From positions 61,334 through 125,333 of the forward strand of contig CAZESS010000003.1 of the NCBI GenBank assembly GCA_964514975.1: a stretch of 64,000 bases of DNA, in the 5' to 3' direction. Origin of the DNA: an uncultured Thermoplasmatales archaeon. GTDB taxonomy: Archaea; Thermoplasmatota; E2; UBA202; DSCA01. This document shows, piece after piece, positions 49,147 to 58,112 of this stretch (positions are counted from its first letter, which is position 1; each line of letters starts with the position of its first letter). The notes beneath the pieces were generated by a model. That model was not told the DNA's origin and searched no databases. It saw only the letters and a list, made by a program, of their open reading frames with translations. The translations under genes and the position numbers were made by a program.

Positions 49147-50130
49147 CTAGTCGGCGTGCGCTATCGCCTCGGGCGGGAATGGCTCCTGGGTCTGCCGCTG
49201 GTCATCCCATCCCGTCAGGGTCTCGTAGTGAACGTTCCAGTTTGTCCCCTGCATCGTCAGGGTGAACGTGACGTTGGAGACCTCGGAGGTAACGGTGACG
49301 GTGTCGCCGGGCTGATATTCGTCGGTGATGTCTCCCTCGACGGTGAGCGCGCTGCGGGTGTACGAGGAAAACTGGAGCACGGTGATGTCCCGACTGCTGT
49401 TGTATGACAGGTTTTGGAGCTGGTCTCTGATGGTCACGGTGTCGCCCTCGTCATATGAGGCCAGGTAGACCATCAGGGTGTCGGTGTCGTTATCCCTGGT
49501 CTGCCGGTAGTCGCTCTGGAACTCGTAGAATGACAGCGCTCCGTCGTCCTGGTCATCTCCCGTGTCATCTGTGTCGTCCCCGGTGTCGTTTCCGTCGCCG
49601 TCGGTGTCATCATCGATGTCGGCGGTTTCCGCGTGCGCTATCGCTTCGGGCGGGAAGGGCGTCTGGGTGTTGTTCTGGGTGTCCCATCCATTCTTGAAGG
49701 TTTCGTAGTGGATGGTCCAGTTCTGGCCCTGCATCGGGTAGGTGAACGTGGTGTTGATGATCGGGGAGGTCAGGGTGACGTTGTCGCCGGCCTGGAAATC
49801 ATCGGTGATGTTGCCCTGGACGGCCTGGTACTGCCGGGGATACGAGGAAAACTGGATGAGCGTCATGCTCTCGTTGCCCTGGTCCCTGTAGGTCAGGTTT
49901 TGGAGCTTGTCCCGGATGACCACGGTGTCACCCTCGTCGAGCGACCGCAGATACATGACCATGGTCTGCGTCTGGTTGTCCCTGGTGCTGTTGTAGTCCT
50001 GGTTGAACTCCAAAAATGTCATCGTCTCCGTCATGCCGCCGGTGTCTCCGTTGTCGTCCTCCAGGCACCCGGCGGTCGCCACGACCGCCAGGACGCAGAC
50101 GAGCAGCGATACAACAATAGCTCGTTTCAT
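49147..50130 (-). CDS. Sequon-dense surface lipoprotein with two internal ~150-aa tandem repeats joined by an acidic D/T/G linker
   Basis: Signal plus lipobox-like ATAGC. Repeats each end in EPFPPEAIAHA(E/D). About 14 N-x-S/T sequons in 327 aa. Confidence 0.7.
   Translation of the reverse strand: MKRAIVVSLLVCVLAVVATAGCLEDDNGDTGGMTETMTFLEFNQDYNSTRDNQTQTMVMYLRSLDEGDTVVIRDKLQNLTYRDQGNESMTLIQFSSYPRQYQAVQGNITDDFQAGDNVTLTSPIINTTFTYPMQGQNWTIHYETFKNGWDTQNNTQTPFPPEAIAHAETADIDDDTDGDGNDTGDDTDDTGDDQDDGALSFYEFQSDYRQTRDNDTDTLMVYLASYDEGDTVTIRDQLQNLSYNSSRDITVLQFSSYTRSALTVEGDITDEYQPGDTVTVTSEVSNVTFTLTMQGTNWNVHYETLTGWDDQRQTQEPFPPEAIAHAD
49153..50010. repeat. Intragenic tandem duplication (~480 bp x2, ~70% nt identity) within the lipoprotein gene
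   Basis: Both copies begin GCGTGCGCTATCGC(C/T)TCGGGCGGGAA and share long colinear blocks such as TACGAGGAAAACTGGA and CAGGTTTTGGAGCT. Confidence 0.6.
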
Positions 50131-50224
50131 AGCGCGTGTCCAAGGGTAGCATGGTATTTATACCTTGGGATGGAGCGAAATCGTTATAGGTGGCAATGGC
50201 GTTCAGGCAGCACGGAGCAACACC

Positions 50225-51919
50225 ATGGAGTATCCCTTCCAGCAGTTCAGGCGACAGGTCGCCACCCGGCTCGCCGAATCAGCACGACGGCGCTACGGCA
50301 TCGAGGACGACATCGATCTGGAAACACCCACCGAGGCGGAGATGGGCGACGTGGCGTTTCCCTGCTTTCCGCTCGCCGGTCGGGCAAAGAAGGCGCCGGC
50401 GGCCATCGCCGAGGAGCTCGCCAGCGACATAGCCGGAGAATGGATCGGCCAGGTCGAGGCAGTGAACGGCTACGTCAACTGCTTCATCAACATGGAAAAG
50501 CTGACGATGGAGCTGTTGCCACGTGTGCTCGAGATGAAGGAGCGCTACGGCGCCGGTGGCGACAAAAACATGGCGGTCATCGTGGAGCATACCTCGGCCA
50601 ATCCCAACGGGCCCCTGCACGTCGGCCGCGGCCGCAATCCCCTGCTCGGGGACACCCTGGCCCGCATTTTCCGGTTCGCAGGCTACGACGTCGAGACGCA
50701 GTTCTACCTGGACGACATGGGCAAACAGGTCGCCATCCTCGCCTGGGGGCTCGAGCATCTCGACCTGGCGCCCGAGGCGGAAAAGCCCGACCATCGCTCC
50801 GTGGCATTTTACCAGGAGGCCAACCGGCGGATGGAGCAGGACGAGCAGGTCGCCCGGGACATCGAGGAGCTGATCCAGCGCGGTGAGCAGGGCGACCCCG
50901 ACATGCTCGAGCGCATGGAGCAGGCATACCGGCCGGCGCTCAAGGGCATCATGCAGACGCTCAGCCGTGTCAACATATCCATGGACAGCTTCGTCCGGGA
51001 ATCGCGGTTCGTGCTCGACGGAACCGTCAGCGACGTGGTAGCACGGCTGACGGAAACAGCCTATGCCGCCCGGGAGGACGGCGCCCTCTACCTCGACCTG
51101 TCATCCTTCGACATCCACGGACGGAACAAGCAGTTTTATCTCACCCGGCGGGATGGCACCTCGCTCTATGCCACCAGGGACATCGCCTACCATCTCTGGA
51201 AGGGACGGCAGGCCGACCGGCTGGTCAACGTGCTCGGCGAGGACCACCGGCTCGAGGCACGCCAGGTGGAAATCGCGCTGTCCCTGCTCGACGCCCCAAC
51301 GCCAAAGAGCGTGTTTTATTCCTTTGTCTCCCTGCCCGAGGGAAAAATGTCGACCCGACGCGGCCGCGTCGTATACCTCGACGACCTGCTCGACGAGGCG
51401 GTGGAGCGCGCCCTCAGGGAGGTCAAAAAACGGCGTGACCTGCCCGATGAGCAGGCGAAAGCCATCGCCGAACAGGTGGGAACGGGCGCCGTTCGCTACA
51501 ACATCCTCAAGGTCAGCCCGGAAAAAGCCATCACCTTCCGATGGGAGGAGGCACTGAACTTCGAGGGGCAGTCGGCACCGTTCATCCAGTACGCATATGC
51601 GCGATGCTGTTCAATCCTCGAAAAAACAGGTACAAAGCCGGATGTCGACAGCGGGTACAGCCATGCGGAGGAAACAGCGCTGCTGAAAACACTCGCCCGG
51701 TTCCCCGACGTGGTCGCCCATTGCCGGGAGCGATGCAGCCCCGCAGGGCTCGCCGAATACGCACATGAGCTGGCATCCCGGTTCAACGGCTTCTACCGGG
51801 ACTGCCGGGTTATCGGCGACGAACGGGAGGCGGCACGGCTTGCGCTCGTCGATGCTTCAAGGATAACATTGCACAACGCGCTCGAGCTGCTGGGCATCTC
51901 GCCGCTGCCAGAAATGTAG
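50225..51919 (+). CDS. argS: Arginyl-tRNA synthetase
   Basis: HIGH-type motif (SANPNGPLHVGRGRN) and C-terminal DALR anticodon-binding domain. Confidence 0.95.
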   Translation: MEYPFQQFRRQVATRLAESARRRYGIEDDIDLETPTEAEMGDVAFPCFPLAGRAKKAPAAIAEELASDIAGEWIGQVEAVNGYVNCFINMEKLTMELLPRVLEMKERYGAGGDKNMAVIVEHTSANPNGPLHVGRGRNPLLGDTLARIFRFAGYDVETQFYLDDMGKQVAILAWGLEHLDLAPEAEKPDHRSVAFYQEANRRMEQDEQVARDIEELIQRGEQGDPDMLERMEQAYRPALKGIMQTLSRVNISMDSFVRESRFVLDGTVSDVVARLTETAYAAREDGALYLDLSSFDIHGRNKQFYLTRRDGTSLYATRDIAYHLWKGRQADRLVNVLGEDHRLEARQVEIALSLLDAPTPKSVFYSFVSLPEGKMSTRRGRVVYLDDLLDEAVERALREVKKRRDLPDEQAKAIAEQVGTGAVRYNILKVSPEKAITFRWEEALNFEGQSAPFIQYAYARCCSILEKTGTKPDVDSGYSHAEETALLKTLARFPDVVAHCRERCSPAGLAEYAHELASRFNGFYRDCRVIGDEREAARLALVDASRITLHNALELLGISPLPEM

Positions 51920-51936
51920 CCGCCTTTTTCCAATGT

Positions 51937-53259
51937 TTATGGACCCTTCCGGGTCATCGTCCGCGGAAACGAAATGGTGTCCTTGATGTTGTCAAGCCCG
52001 CATATCCAGGCGAGGACGCGCTCGACGCCGACGCCATAACCGGCATGGGGCACGGAGCCATATCGCCGGAGGTCGAGATACCACTGGTAGCGTTCGAGAT
52101 CCTCGCCTTCCTCCCGCAGCGCCCGTATGAGCTCGTCGACATCGGTGGAACGCTGGCTGCCGCCCACGATTTCACCGTAGCCCTCGGGAGCGATCATGTC
52201 GAAGCACAATGCCTCGTCGGGCTGCTCGGGGTCGGCGGGCTTGTAAAACGCCATTGCCTCCTTTGGATAATGGGTCACCACGACCGGGGTGTCGAACTCC
52301 TCCATGAGCTCTTTTTCCTCGATGGTGCGCAGGTCCTTGCCGAACGCGATGTCCACGTCCCGCTCATGCAGGATCTCCAGGGCGCGTCGGTACTTGATGG
52401 TCGGCCATTCCCGGTCCAGCATCCGCCGGAGCGGCGTAGGGTCGCGCTCCATAGCTTCGAGATCGCTCTCATGCTCGTCGAGGATACGCCGCAGGATGAA
52501 CTTGATCTCCTCCTTCGCCATCTCCGTCACATCATGCAGGTCCATCCAGGCGGCCTCCATCTCGGCCATCCAGAACTCGCTCAGATGACGGCTCGTTTTC
52601 GATTTCTCGGCTCGGAACGTGGGCGCCATGTCGTAGACGCGCTCCAGCGCGAACACGGCCGCCTCGGCGTAGAGCTGCCAGGACTGCGACAGATAGGTAA
52701 CGTCGTCGTAGTAGTCCACCTCGAACAGGGTGGCACCGCCCTCGCACTGGCCGGGCTGCAAAATCGGGGGATGGAACTCGTAGAAATCATGGCTGCGGAA
52801 AAACTCGTGGATGGCACCCGTCATCGTATGCCGTATCTTCATGATGGTAGTCAGCTTCCGGCTGCGCAGCCAGAGATGCCGGTTGTCGAGCAGATGCTCC
52901 ATGCTCTGATCCTCGGTGATCGGGAAATCATCGGCGAAGCTGACGACCTGGAAGCGCGTGGCATGTATCTCACGGCCGCCGGGCGCCCGCTCATCCTCAT
53001 GGATGGTACCCTCTATGGTGACGGATGACTCGATGAGCGCGTTTTTCGCTCCCTCAAAGTCCTCATCGGGCAGCGACGACTGCTCAGCGACGACCTGTAC
53101 GATGCCGCTTTCGTCTCGCACGACAACGAAGGCCAGGCCGCCGCTGCTCCTGGTGCGGTAAATCCAGCCACGGATGGCCGTGTCGTCGCCCTCGCTTTTC
53201 CTGAGCGCTTCAGAAATCCTGTCGATAGCTGGCATCGACGCCATAATCAACAGCGACAT
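51937..53259 (-). CDS. asnS: Asparaginyl-tRNA synthetase (class IIb)
   Basis: FRAEKSKTSRHLSEFWMAEMEAAW closely matches the AsnRS motif 2 region. Class II motif 3 GGSQR...R. Start taken at internal ATG 53259; the upstream extension is a shadow frame. Confidence 0.88.
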   Translation of the reverse strand: MSLLIMASMPAIDRISEALRKSEGDDTAIRGWIYRTRSSGGLAFVVVRDESGIVQVVAEQSSLPDEDFEGAKNALIESSVTIEGTIHEDERAPGGREIHATRFQVVSFADDFPITEDQSMEHLLDNRHLWLRSRKLTTIMKIRHTMTGAIHEFFRSHDFYEFHPPILQPGQCEGGATLFEVDYYDDVTYLSQSWQLYAEAAVFALERVYDMAPTFRAEKSKTSRHLSEFWMAEMEAAWMDLHDVTEMAKEEIKFILRRILDEHESDLEAMERDPTPLRRMLDREWPTIKYRRALEILHERDVDIAFGKDLRTIEEKELMEEFDTPVVVTHYPKEAMAFYKPADPEQPDEALCFDMIAPEGYGEIVGGSQRSTDVDELIRALREEGEDLERYQWYLDLRRYGSVPHAGYGVGVERVLAWICGLDNIKDTISFPRTMTRKGP

Positions 53260-53310
53260 AAAATGTTTTTGTATGGTAAAACATTTGTAGCCCCGGGTGT
53301 ATAGTGCGGT

Positions 53311-54504
53311 ATGCCCCGCGTGTATTCTCCCTCGCGTATCTCCGCCTACGAGAACTGCCCGCTGAAGTTCAAGTATCGCTACGTGGACAAAAAGCCGGCG
53401 ATGCGGGCGACCATCGAGGCGTTCCTGGGACGGCGGGTGCACGAGGCGCTGGAAAAGCTCTACCGGGACATGCAGTTCCAGAAGACGCCGTCGCTGGAAG
53501 ACCTCGTCGGGTTTTACCACGAGCAGTGGGAGCGCGAGATGGACGACAGCATCTGCGTGGTCAAGGACGGCTACGACCCGGCGAACTATCGGAAGATGGG
53601 GGAGCAGTACATCCGGCAGTACTACACCAGCTACCAGCCATTCGACGGGGGGCGGACCATCGCGCTCGAAAAGCGCGTCCGCTTTCCCATCGGCGACGGC
53701 TACTCCATCATGGGCTACATCGACCGGCTTGCCGACACCGATGGAATCTATGAGATCCATGACTACAAGACCTCGCTGACGCTGCCCACCACTGATGATT
53801 TACGCGACGACCGGCAGCTCGCCCTGTATGCGCTGGCCGTCCGGCACATGTATGACGATGCGGACGAGGTGGCGCTGGTCTGGCACTACGTGGCCTTTGA
53901 CAAGGAGCTCCGCGTCCGGAAGAGCGACGAGGAGCTGGAGATGGTGCGACGGGAGACTCTGCAGGCAATCCGTGACATCGAGGCAGCCATCCAGCAGGGG
54001 AACTTTGAGCCGCGGGAGTCGGCGCTCTGCCCATACTGCGAGTACCAGCCGATCTGCCCGCTGTTCAAGCACCGGTACCAGGTCGATGAGCTCCCGGCGG
54101 AGGATGCCCGGGAGGAGGACGGCCGCGCGCTGGTGAACCGGTATGCTGAGCTGAAAAACAGGATAGCGGAGCTCGAGCAGCTGAAGGACGACGTCCAGGA
54201 ACGGCTGGTGCGCTACGCCCGGGAAAACGACATACAGCATGTCTACGGCAGCGACCGTATCGCCAACGTCAGGGTCTACCACAACCCCTGGTTCCCCAAC
54301 AAGGATGACCCGCAGCGGCAGGAGTTCGAGGAGCTGCTGCACGAGATGGGGCTCTACGATGACTTCACCCGGCTGGACACCTTTGGGCTGTCCAAGGCGT
54401 TTCAGAAAAACGAGCTGCCCGACGATGCGGCCAACAAGCTGGAGGGCTATGTGACCATGAAGACGGTGGAGCGCGTCTACCTGCGGCAGCGCGACCGGGA
54501 CTGA
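53311..54504 (+). CDS. PD-(D/E)XK nuclease superfamily protein (RecB/Cas4-like) with four-Cys cluster
   Basis: N-terminal ENCPLKFKY, catalytic EIHDYKT, C-terminal CPYCEYQPIC (C...CxxCx5C as in Cas4/AddB Fe-S nucleases). No CRISPR or cas neighbours. Confidence 0.75.
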   Translation: MPRVYSPSRISAYENCPLKFKYRYVDKKPAMRATIEAFLGRRVHEALEKLYRDMQFQKTPSLEDLVGFYHEQWEREMDDSICVVKDGYDPANYRKMGEQYIRQYYTSYQPFDGGRTIALEKRVRFPIGDGYSIMGYIDRLADTDGIYEIHDYKTSLTLPTTDDLRDDRQLALYALAVRHMYDDADEVALVWHYVAFDKELRVRKSDEELEMVRRETLQAIRDIEAAIQQGNFEPRESALCPYCEYQPICPLFKHRYQVDELPAEDAREEDGRALVNRYAELKNRIAELEQLKDDVQERLVRYARENDIQHVYGSDRIANVRVYHNPWFPNKDDPQRQEFEELLHEMGLYDDFTRLDTFGLSKAFQKNELPDDAANKLEGYVTMKTVERVYLRQRDRD

Positions 54505-54548
54505 TTTTCCGGCGGCATCTTCAAATAGCATGGCCATGATGGCGACAT

Positions 54549-55103
54549 ATGAGCTGGATACGCACCATCGGCGACGCGGATGCCACGGGAGACCTCAAAG
54601 AGATTTATGAGGAGGTGCAAAAACGTCGGGGGAAGCTGTCTAACATCATGCGGGTGCAGAGCCTCAACCCGGAGGCATTGCGGGCGCATCTCGATCTGTA
54701 CATGGCAGTCATGTTCGGCCCGTCGGGGCTCTCTCGGATGGAACGCGAGCTGGTCGCCCTGACCGTGTCATTGGCCAACGGCTGCCCGTACTGCATCCGG
54801 CATCACGGGGAGGCACTGCGGCATTACTGGAGCGATGAACGGGTGGAGCGGTTCATCGACGACCCCGGCTCGGCTGCGCTCCCGGAGCGGCAGCGGCACC
54901 TGGTCGACCATGCCAGGATGCTGACCCTGCATCCCGACGAGGTGGACAGCGACGACATCGAGCGGCTCCGCATGCAGGAGCTGACGGACGAGAGCATTCT
55001 GGCACTCACCCTCATCGTCTGCTATTTCAACTTCGTGAACCGCATCGCGCTCGGCCTGGGTGTGTCCTTTACAGAAAACGAGGCATCCGGCTACCGCTAC
55101 TGA
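54549..55103 (+). CDS. Carboxymuconolactone decarboxylase / AhpD-like peroxidase-related protein
   Basis: GCPYCIRHH AhpD-core motif. Confidence 0.8.
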   Translation: MSWIRTIGDADATGDLKEIYEEVQKRRGKLSNIMRVQSLNPEALRAHLDLYMAVMFGPSGLSRMERELVALTVSLANGCPYCIRHHGEALRHYWSDERVERFIDDPGSAALPERQRHLVDHARMLTLHPDEVDSDDIERLRMQELTDESILALTLIVCYFNFVNRIALGLGVSFTENEASGYRY

Positions 55104-55176
55104 TTGCGATGCGAGGCATCCGGGAAATGCGGCCCGGGCGCCACACATTGTTTAAAAAAAGGGCTGTACTGATGGT

Positions 55177-55602
55177 ATGATGGCCACCGCAAGGAGATGC
55201 AGTGACATCGTCGCGCGGCTGGAAGCGCTGGGCAACAGGAAAAACATCGACGGTATGCGGCGCTATGGTATCACCGGCCGGGCATATTGGATCCGTATCC
55301 CTGAGCTCCGGCGGATAGCCAGCGAGCATAGCCGTGACCATGACCTGGCGATGGCGCTGCTGTGGAGCCAGCGAGAGGAGCAATACGTCAGGCGTGCCGG
55401 CTACGTGCTGATGGCCATGCTCGCCGTCCACCGGAAGGAGGCAGACGAGGGGTTTTTCACGCGGTTTTTTCCCGCCATCATACGGGGTGCCGACGGCGAA
55501 CGGCGACATGTAAAACAGGCAGTCAGCTGGGCGCTCAGCCAGATAGGAAAACGCGGCCGGGAGCTCAACGAAGCAGCAATCTCCGCCGCCAGGGACATCT
55601 AG
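55177..55602 (+). CDS. DNA alkylation repair protein family (AlkD-like HEAT repeats), short form
   Basis: Helical-repeat pattern similar to the DNA_alkylation family; only 141 aa. TTTAAAAAAA TATA about 25 nt upstream. Confidence 0.5.
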   Translation: MMATARRCSDIVARLEALGNRKNIDGMRRYGITGRAYWIRIPELRRIASEHSRDHDLAMALLWSQREEQYVRRAGYVLMAMLAVHRKEADEGFFTRFFPAIIRGADGERRHVKQAVSWALSQIGKRGRELNEAAISAARDI

Positions 55603-55691
55603 CGGCAGGACAGCCCGGCAGCCCGATAGGTGTCAAACGATGTGCTGCGTGAGCTCACCAGCGAAAAAGTGCAGCGACGACCCCGGCAGGA

Positions 55692-57059
55692 CTAACGCTG
55701 GCCGCCAAGCTCGTCAATCAACAGCCGGGCTGAATCGGCGGCGCAGTTCACGGCAACGCCTTTCCCCTCGGTGGAATCACCGACCAGATAAAAGTTTTTC
55801 AACGGCGTCTTCACCGACGGCTTCGGGTTGTCGATGGTTTTCGCAACGGCGTCGAGATGCCATATCGATGGATACAGCGCCCATTTCAGCCTCCGCCGCC
55901 AGCCGGGGATGAGCCTCGCAAGGTTTGCGTCCAGCATGTCCCGCAGCCGCCGCAGTGTCGCGGCATCACGGGCCTCGTCGGGCGAGCAGATGATGTAGGC
56001 CTGCACCAGCGCATGTCCCGAGGGAGCCATCTTTGCCCGGGGATGCGACGGCTTGAAATCGATCATACCGACGGCGTCGCCGCCTTCCACCCCGGCGTCA
56101 CGCTCTATGAACATGTAGGCCCGGCCGACATGGTCATCGGGTATCCCGGCCAGTGCATACCAGGCACAGAGGCTGCCCGTGCCCGATAGCCCTTCAACGT
56201 AGCGCGCCCATCCCTGGGGGAAGGCATCCCGTGCGGCGATGGAAAACGTGTCCTGGACCGGGAGATTGCTCACCACCAGGTCATAGTCCCTTTGCTCGTC
56301 CGCGACGACCCCGCAGGCCACGCCGTCCTCGATGACCACCTGCTGTACCTCCTGCGCTATGATATGGCCGCCATGGTCGCGGAGCCACCCGGCAAGCTTG
56401 TCAGCGATGGCACCCATGCCGCCCACCGGATAGGCGACGGGATGCGAGCCCATGAGCTCCCGCTGCGCCCAGAACGTCTCGCCGGTCGAGATGCGCCCGA
56501 GGTCGTTGACCGTGGTGATCAGCCGGGGGAACAGCTCCAGGGTGAGCCGCATCTTGCCCCGGCCGTATTTTTCGATGGTTTCCGACATGGGAACGTTTTC
56601 GAGGGCCTCTATGGTCCGCCGGCGTGAAAACAGCAGCTGCATGATGCGGGGGAGCATCCTGACCTTGTCCCATATAGATAGATAGGGAAAATCAATGGTG
56701 TCGCCGATGATGCCCAGCCGTGAACCGATGAGCTCCTGCTCGACGCCGAGCAACTGGAGTACCTGCATCGGCGCCGCGTTGTCGCCGCCGCCCATCAGAT
56801 GAAAGCCAAGGTCAAAACGGTAGCCCTCCAGCAGTCCATCGAAAATGTCATCCAACGAGGGCTCGGCAAACGGCACCGCCATGTCAAACCGGCTCAACAG
56901 GTGAAGATAGTCCTCCTTTGACAGGCCGCCGTCGACGGTCATCGCCCGGCCGCCCATCCCGGCCTCACGCTCATACACGTCGACCTGGTAGCCATGGCGA
57001 CGGAGCAACGCCGCAGCCGACAAGCCGCCGATGCCCGCTCCGACAACCGCTGCCCGCAT
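55692..57059 (-). CDS. FAD-dependent oxidoreductase, phytoene desaturase (CrtI)-like
   Basis: N-terminal AAVVGAGIGGLSAAALL Rossmann dinucleotide motif and CrtI-like length. Start taken at the internal ATG (MRAAVVGAG). Confidence 0.75.
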   Translation of the reverse strand: MRAAVVGAGIGGLSAAALLRRHGYQVDVYEREAGMGGRAMTVDGGLSKEDYLHLLSRFDMAVPFAEPSLDDIFDGLLEGYRFDLGFHLMGGGDNAAPMQVLQLLGVEQELIGSRLGIIGDTIDFPYLSIWDKVRMLPRIMQLLFSRRRTIEALENVPMSETIEKYGRGKMRLTLELFPRLITTVNDLGRISTGETFWAQRELMGSHPVAYPVGGMGAIADKLAGWLRDHGGHIIAQEVQQVVIEDGVACGVVADEQRDYDLVVSNLPVQDTFSIAARDAFPQGWARYVEGLSGTGSLCAWYALAGIPDDHVGRAYMFIERDAGVEGGDAVGMIDFKPSHPRAKMAPSGHALVQAYIICSPDEARDAATLRRLRDMLDANLARLIPGWRRRLKWALYPSIWHLDAVAKTIDNPKPSVKTPLKNFYLVGDSTEGKGVAVNCAADSARLLIDELGGQR

Positions 57060-57060
57060 C

Positions 57061-58074
57061 TTACATCTCCGGCTGGAAGGCACGAACGCCGGTCAGCGGG
57101 GAAAACACGACATACCAGGCAATGGGGAGCACCGCGAGGCCGACAGCTGCAAGGATGCCAATCTCGCCCATCAGCATCACGGGGACAATGGCATAGCGGA
57201 GAAACGAGGCGCCGGCGATCAGCCGCCGGAGCAACGAACGGTCGAAACGCCGCAGCCGGAGCAACCTGACCTCGATAAAAAGCACGCCGGCCAGCATCAC
57301 CGCGAGCAGCGCAAGCTGCCATACCTCGTATGCGACACCATACACAAAGGGAACAAAGACGAGCGCGGCCGACGACAGCCGGATGCCCATGCCAAACATT
57401 TGAAACGAGAGCGGGACCGTCAGCCGGCTGCCCCGCACCGACACGCCGGCAACCCGCGCGAGATTGCATACGCCCATCAAGGGGTCATGGTCGGCGTCCT
57501 TGATGCCGCCCTCCACCGCGTTCATGTGCAACGTTTGATTAAACGTCAGCGCGAACACCGTCCAGGTCAGCAGCGACGGCCGGGCAAAAGCGAGGACGCC
57601 AAACAAAAACGTCGCAGCCATCGCCAGCGCGACAAACAAATCGGAGCCAGCGATTTTTTTGCCATACAGGTTGTACACGGTGCCCAGCGCCCAGGCCACC
57701 GCGAACATGGACAGCGCAGCCATTTTCCGGTCGGAGAGAACGGTGCCATGCCAGAGCAGCGCAGCCAGGAAAAACGCCAGAAGCAGGGTGACGAAGCAGA
57801 CCATGACAGCGCTCGTCCGCGAAATCGCGCCGCTCACCAGCGGCTTGTCCTGCAATTCCTCGATGAGACCGTCGAGCCTGACGTCGGCGTAGTCGTTGAG
57901 CACGAAGCCATAGATGGCGACCATGCATCCTATAAGGAAGAGGATGAGCAGCGACGATGGCTCGGTGACACCGACGGTGAGCGCCCCGAACACCGGTGGA
58001 ATCGCCAGTCCGCCGAGCCCGGGGAGGCGAAGCAGCTTCACCCAGGCGGCAATGGTTTCGCGCATGTCTCGCAA
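57061..58074 (-). CDS. UbiA-family prenyltransferase
   Basis: NDYADVRLD (NDxxDxxxD) Asp-rich motif; nine TM segments. Confidence 0.8.
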   Translation of the reverse strand: MRDMRETIAAWVKLLRLPGLGGLAIPPVFGALTVGVTEPSSLLILFLIGCMVAIYGFVLNDYADVRLDGLIEELQDKPLVSGAISRTSAVMVCFVTLLLAFFLAALLWHGTVLSDRKMAALSMFAVAWALGTVYNLYGKKIAGSDLFVALAMAATFLFGVLAFARPSLLTWTVFALTFNQTLHMNAVEGGIKDADHDPLMGVCNLARVAGVSVRGSRLTVPLSFQMFGMGIRLSSAALVFVPFVYGVAYEVWQLALLAVMLAGVLFIEVRLLRLRRFDRSLLRRLIAGASFLRYAIVPVMLMGEIGILAAVGLAVLPIAWYVVFSPLTGVRAFQPEM

Positions 58075-58112
58075 TCAACCCAGATTATAAGAGGGTTTCT
58101 GCCAACGCAGGG

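Noticed and set aside
51937-53760. Full 607-aa ORF for the AsnRS gene
   Set aside because: The first ~167 codons upstream of the internal ATG at 53259 have no synthetase homology and overlap the divergent nuclease gene. They are treated as an open shadow extension.
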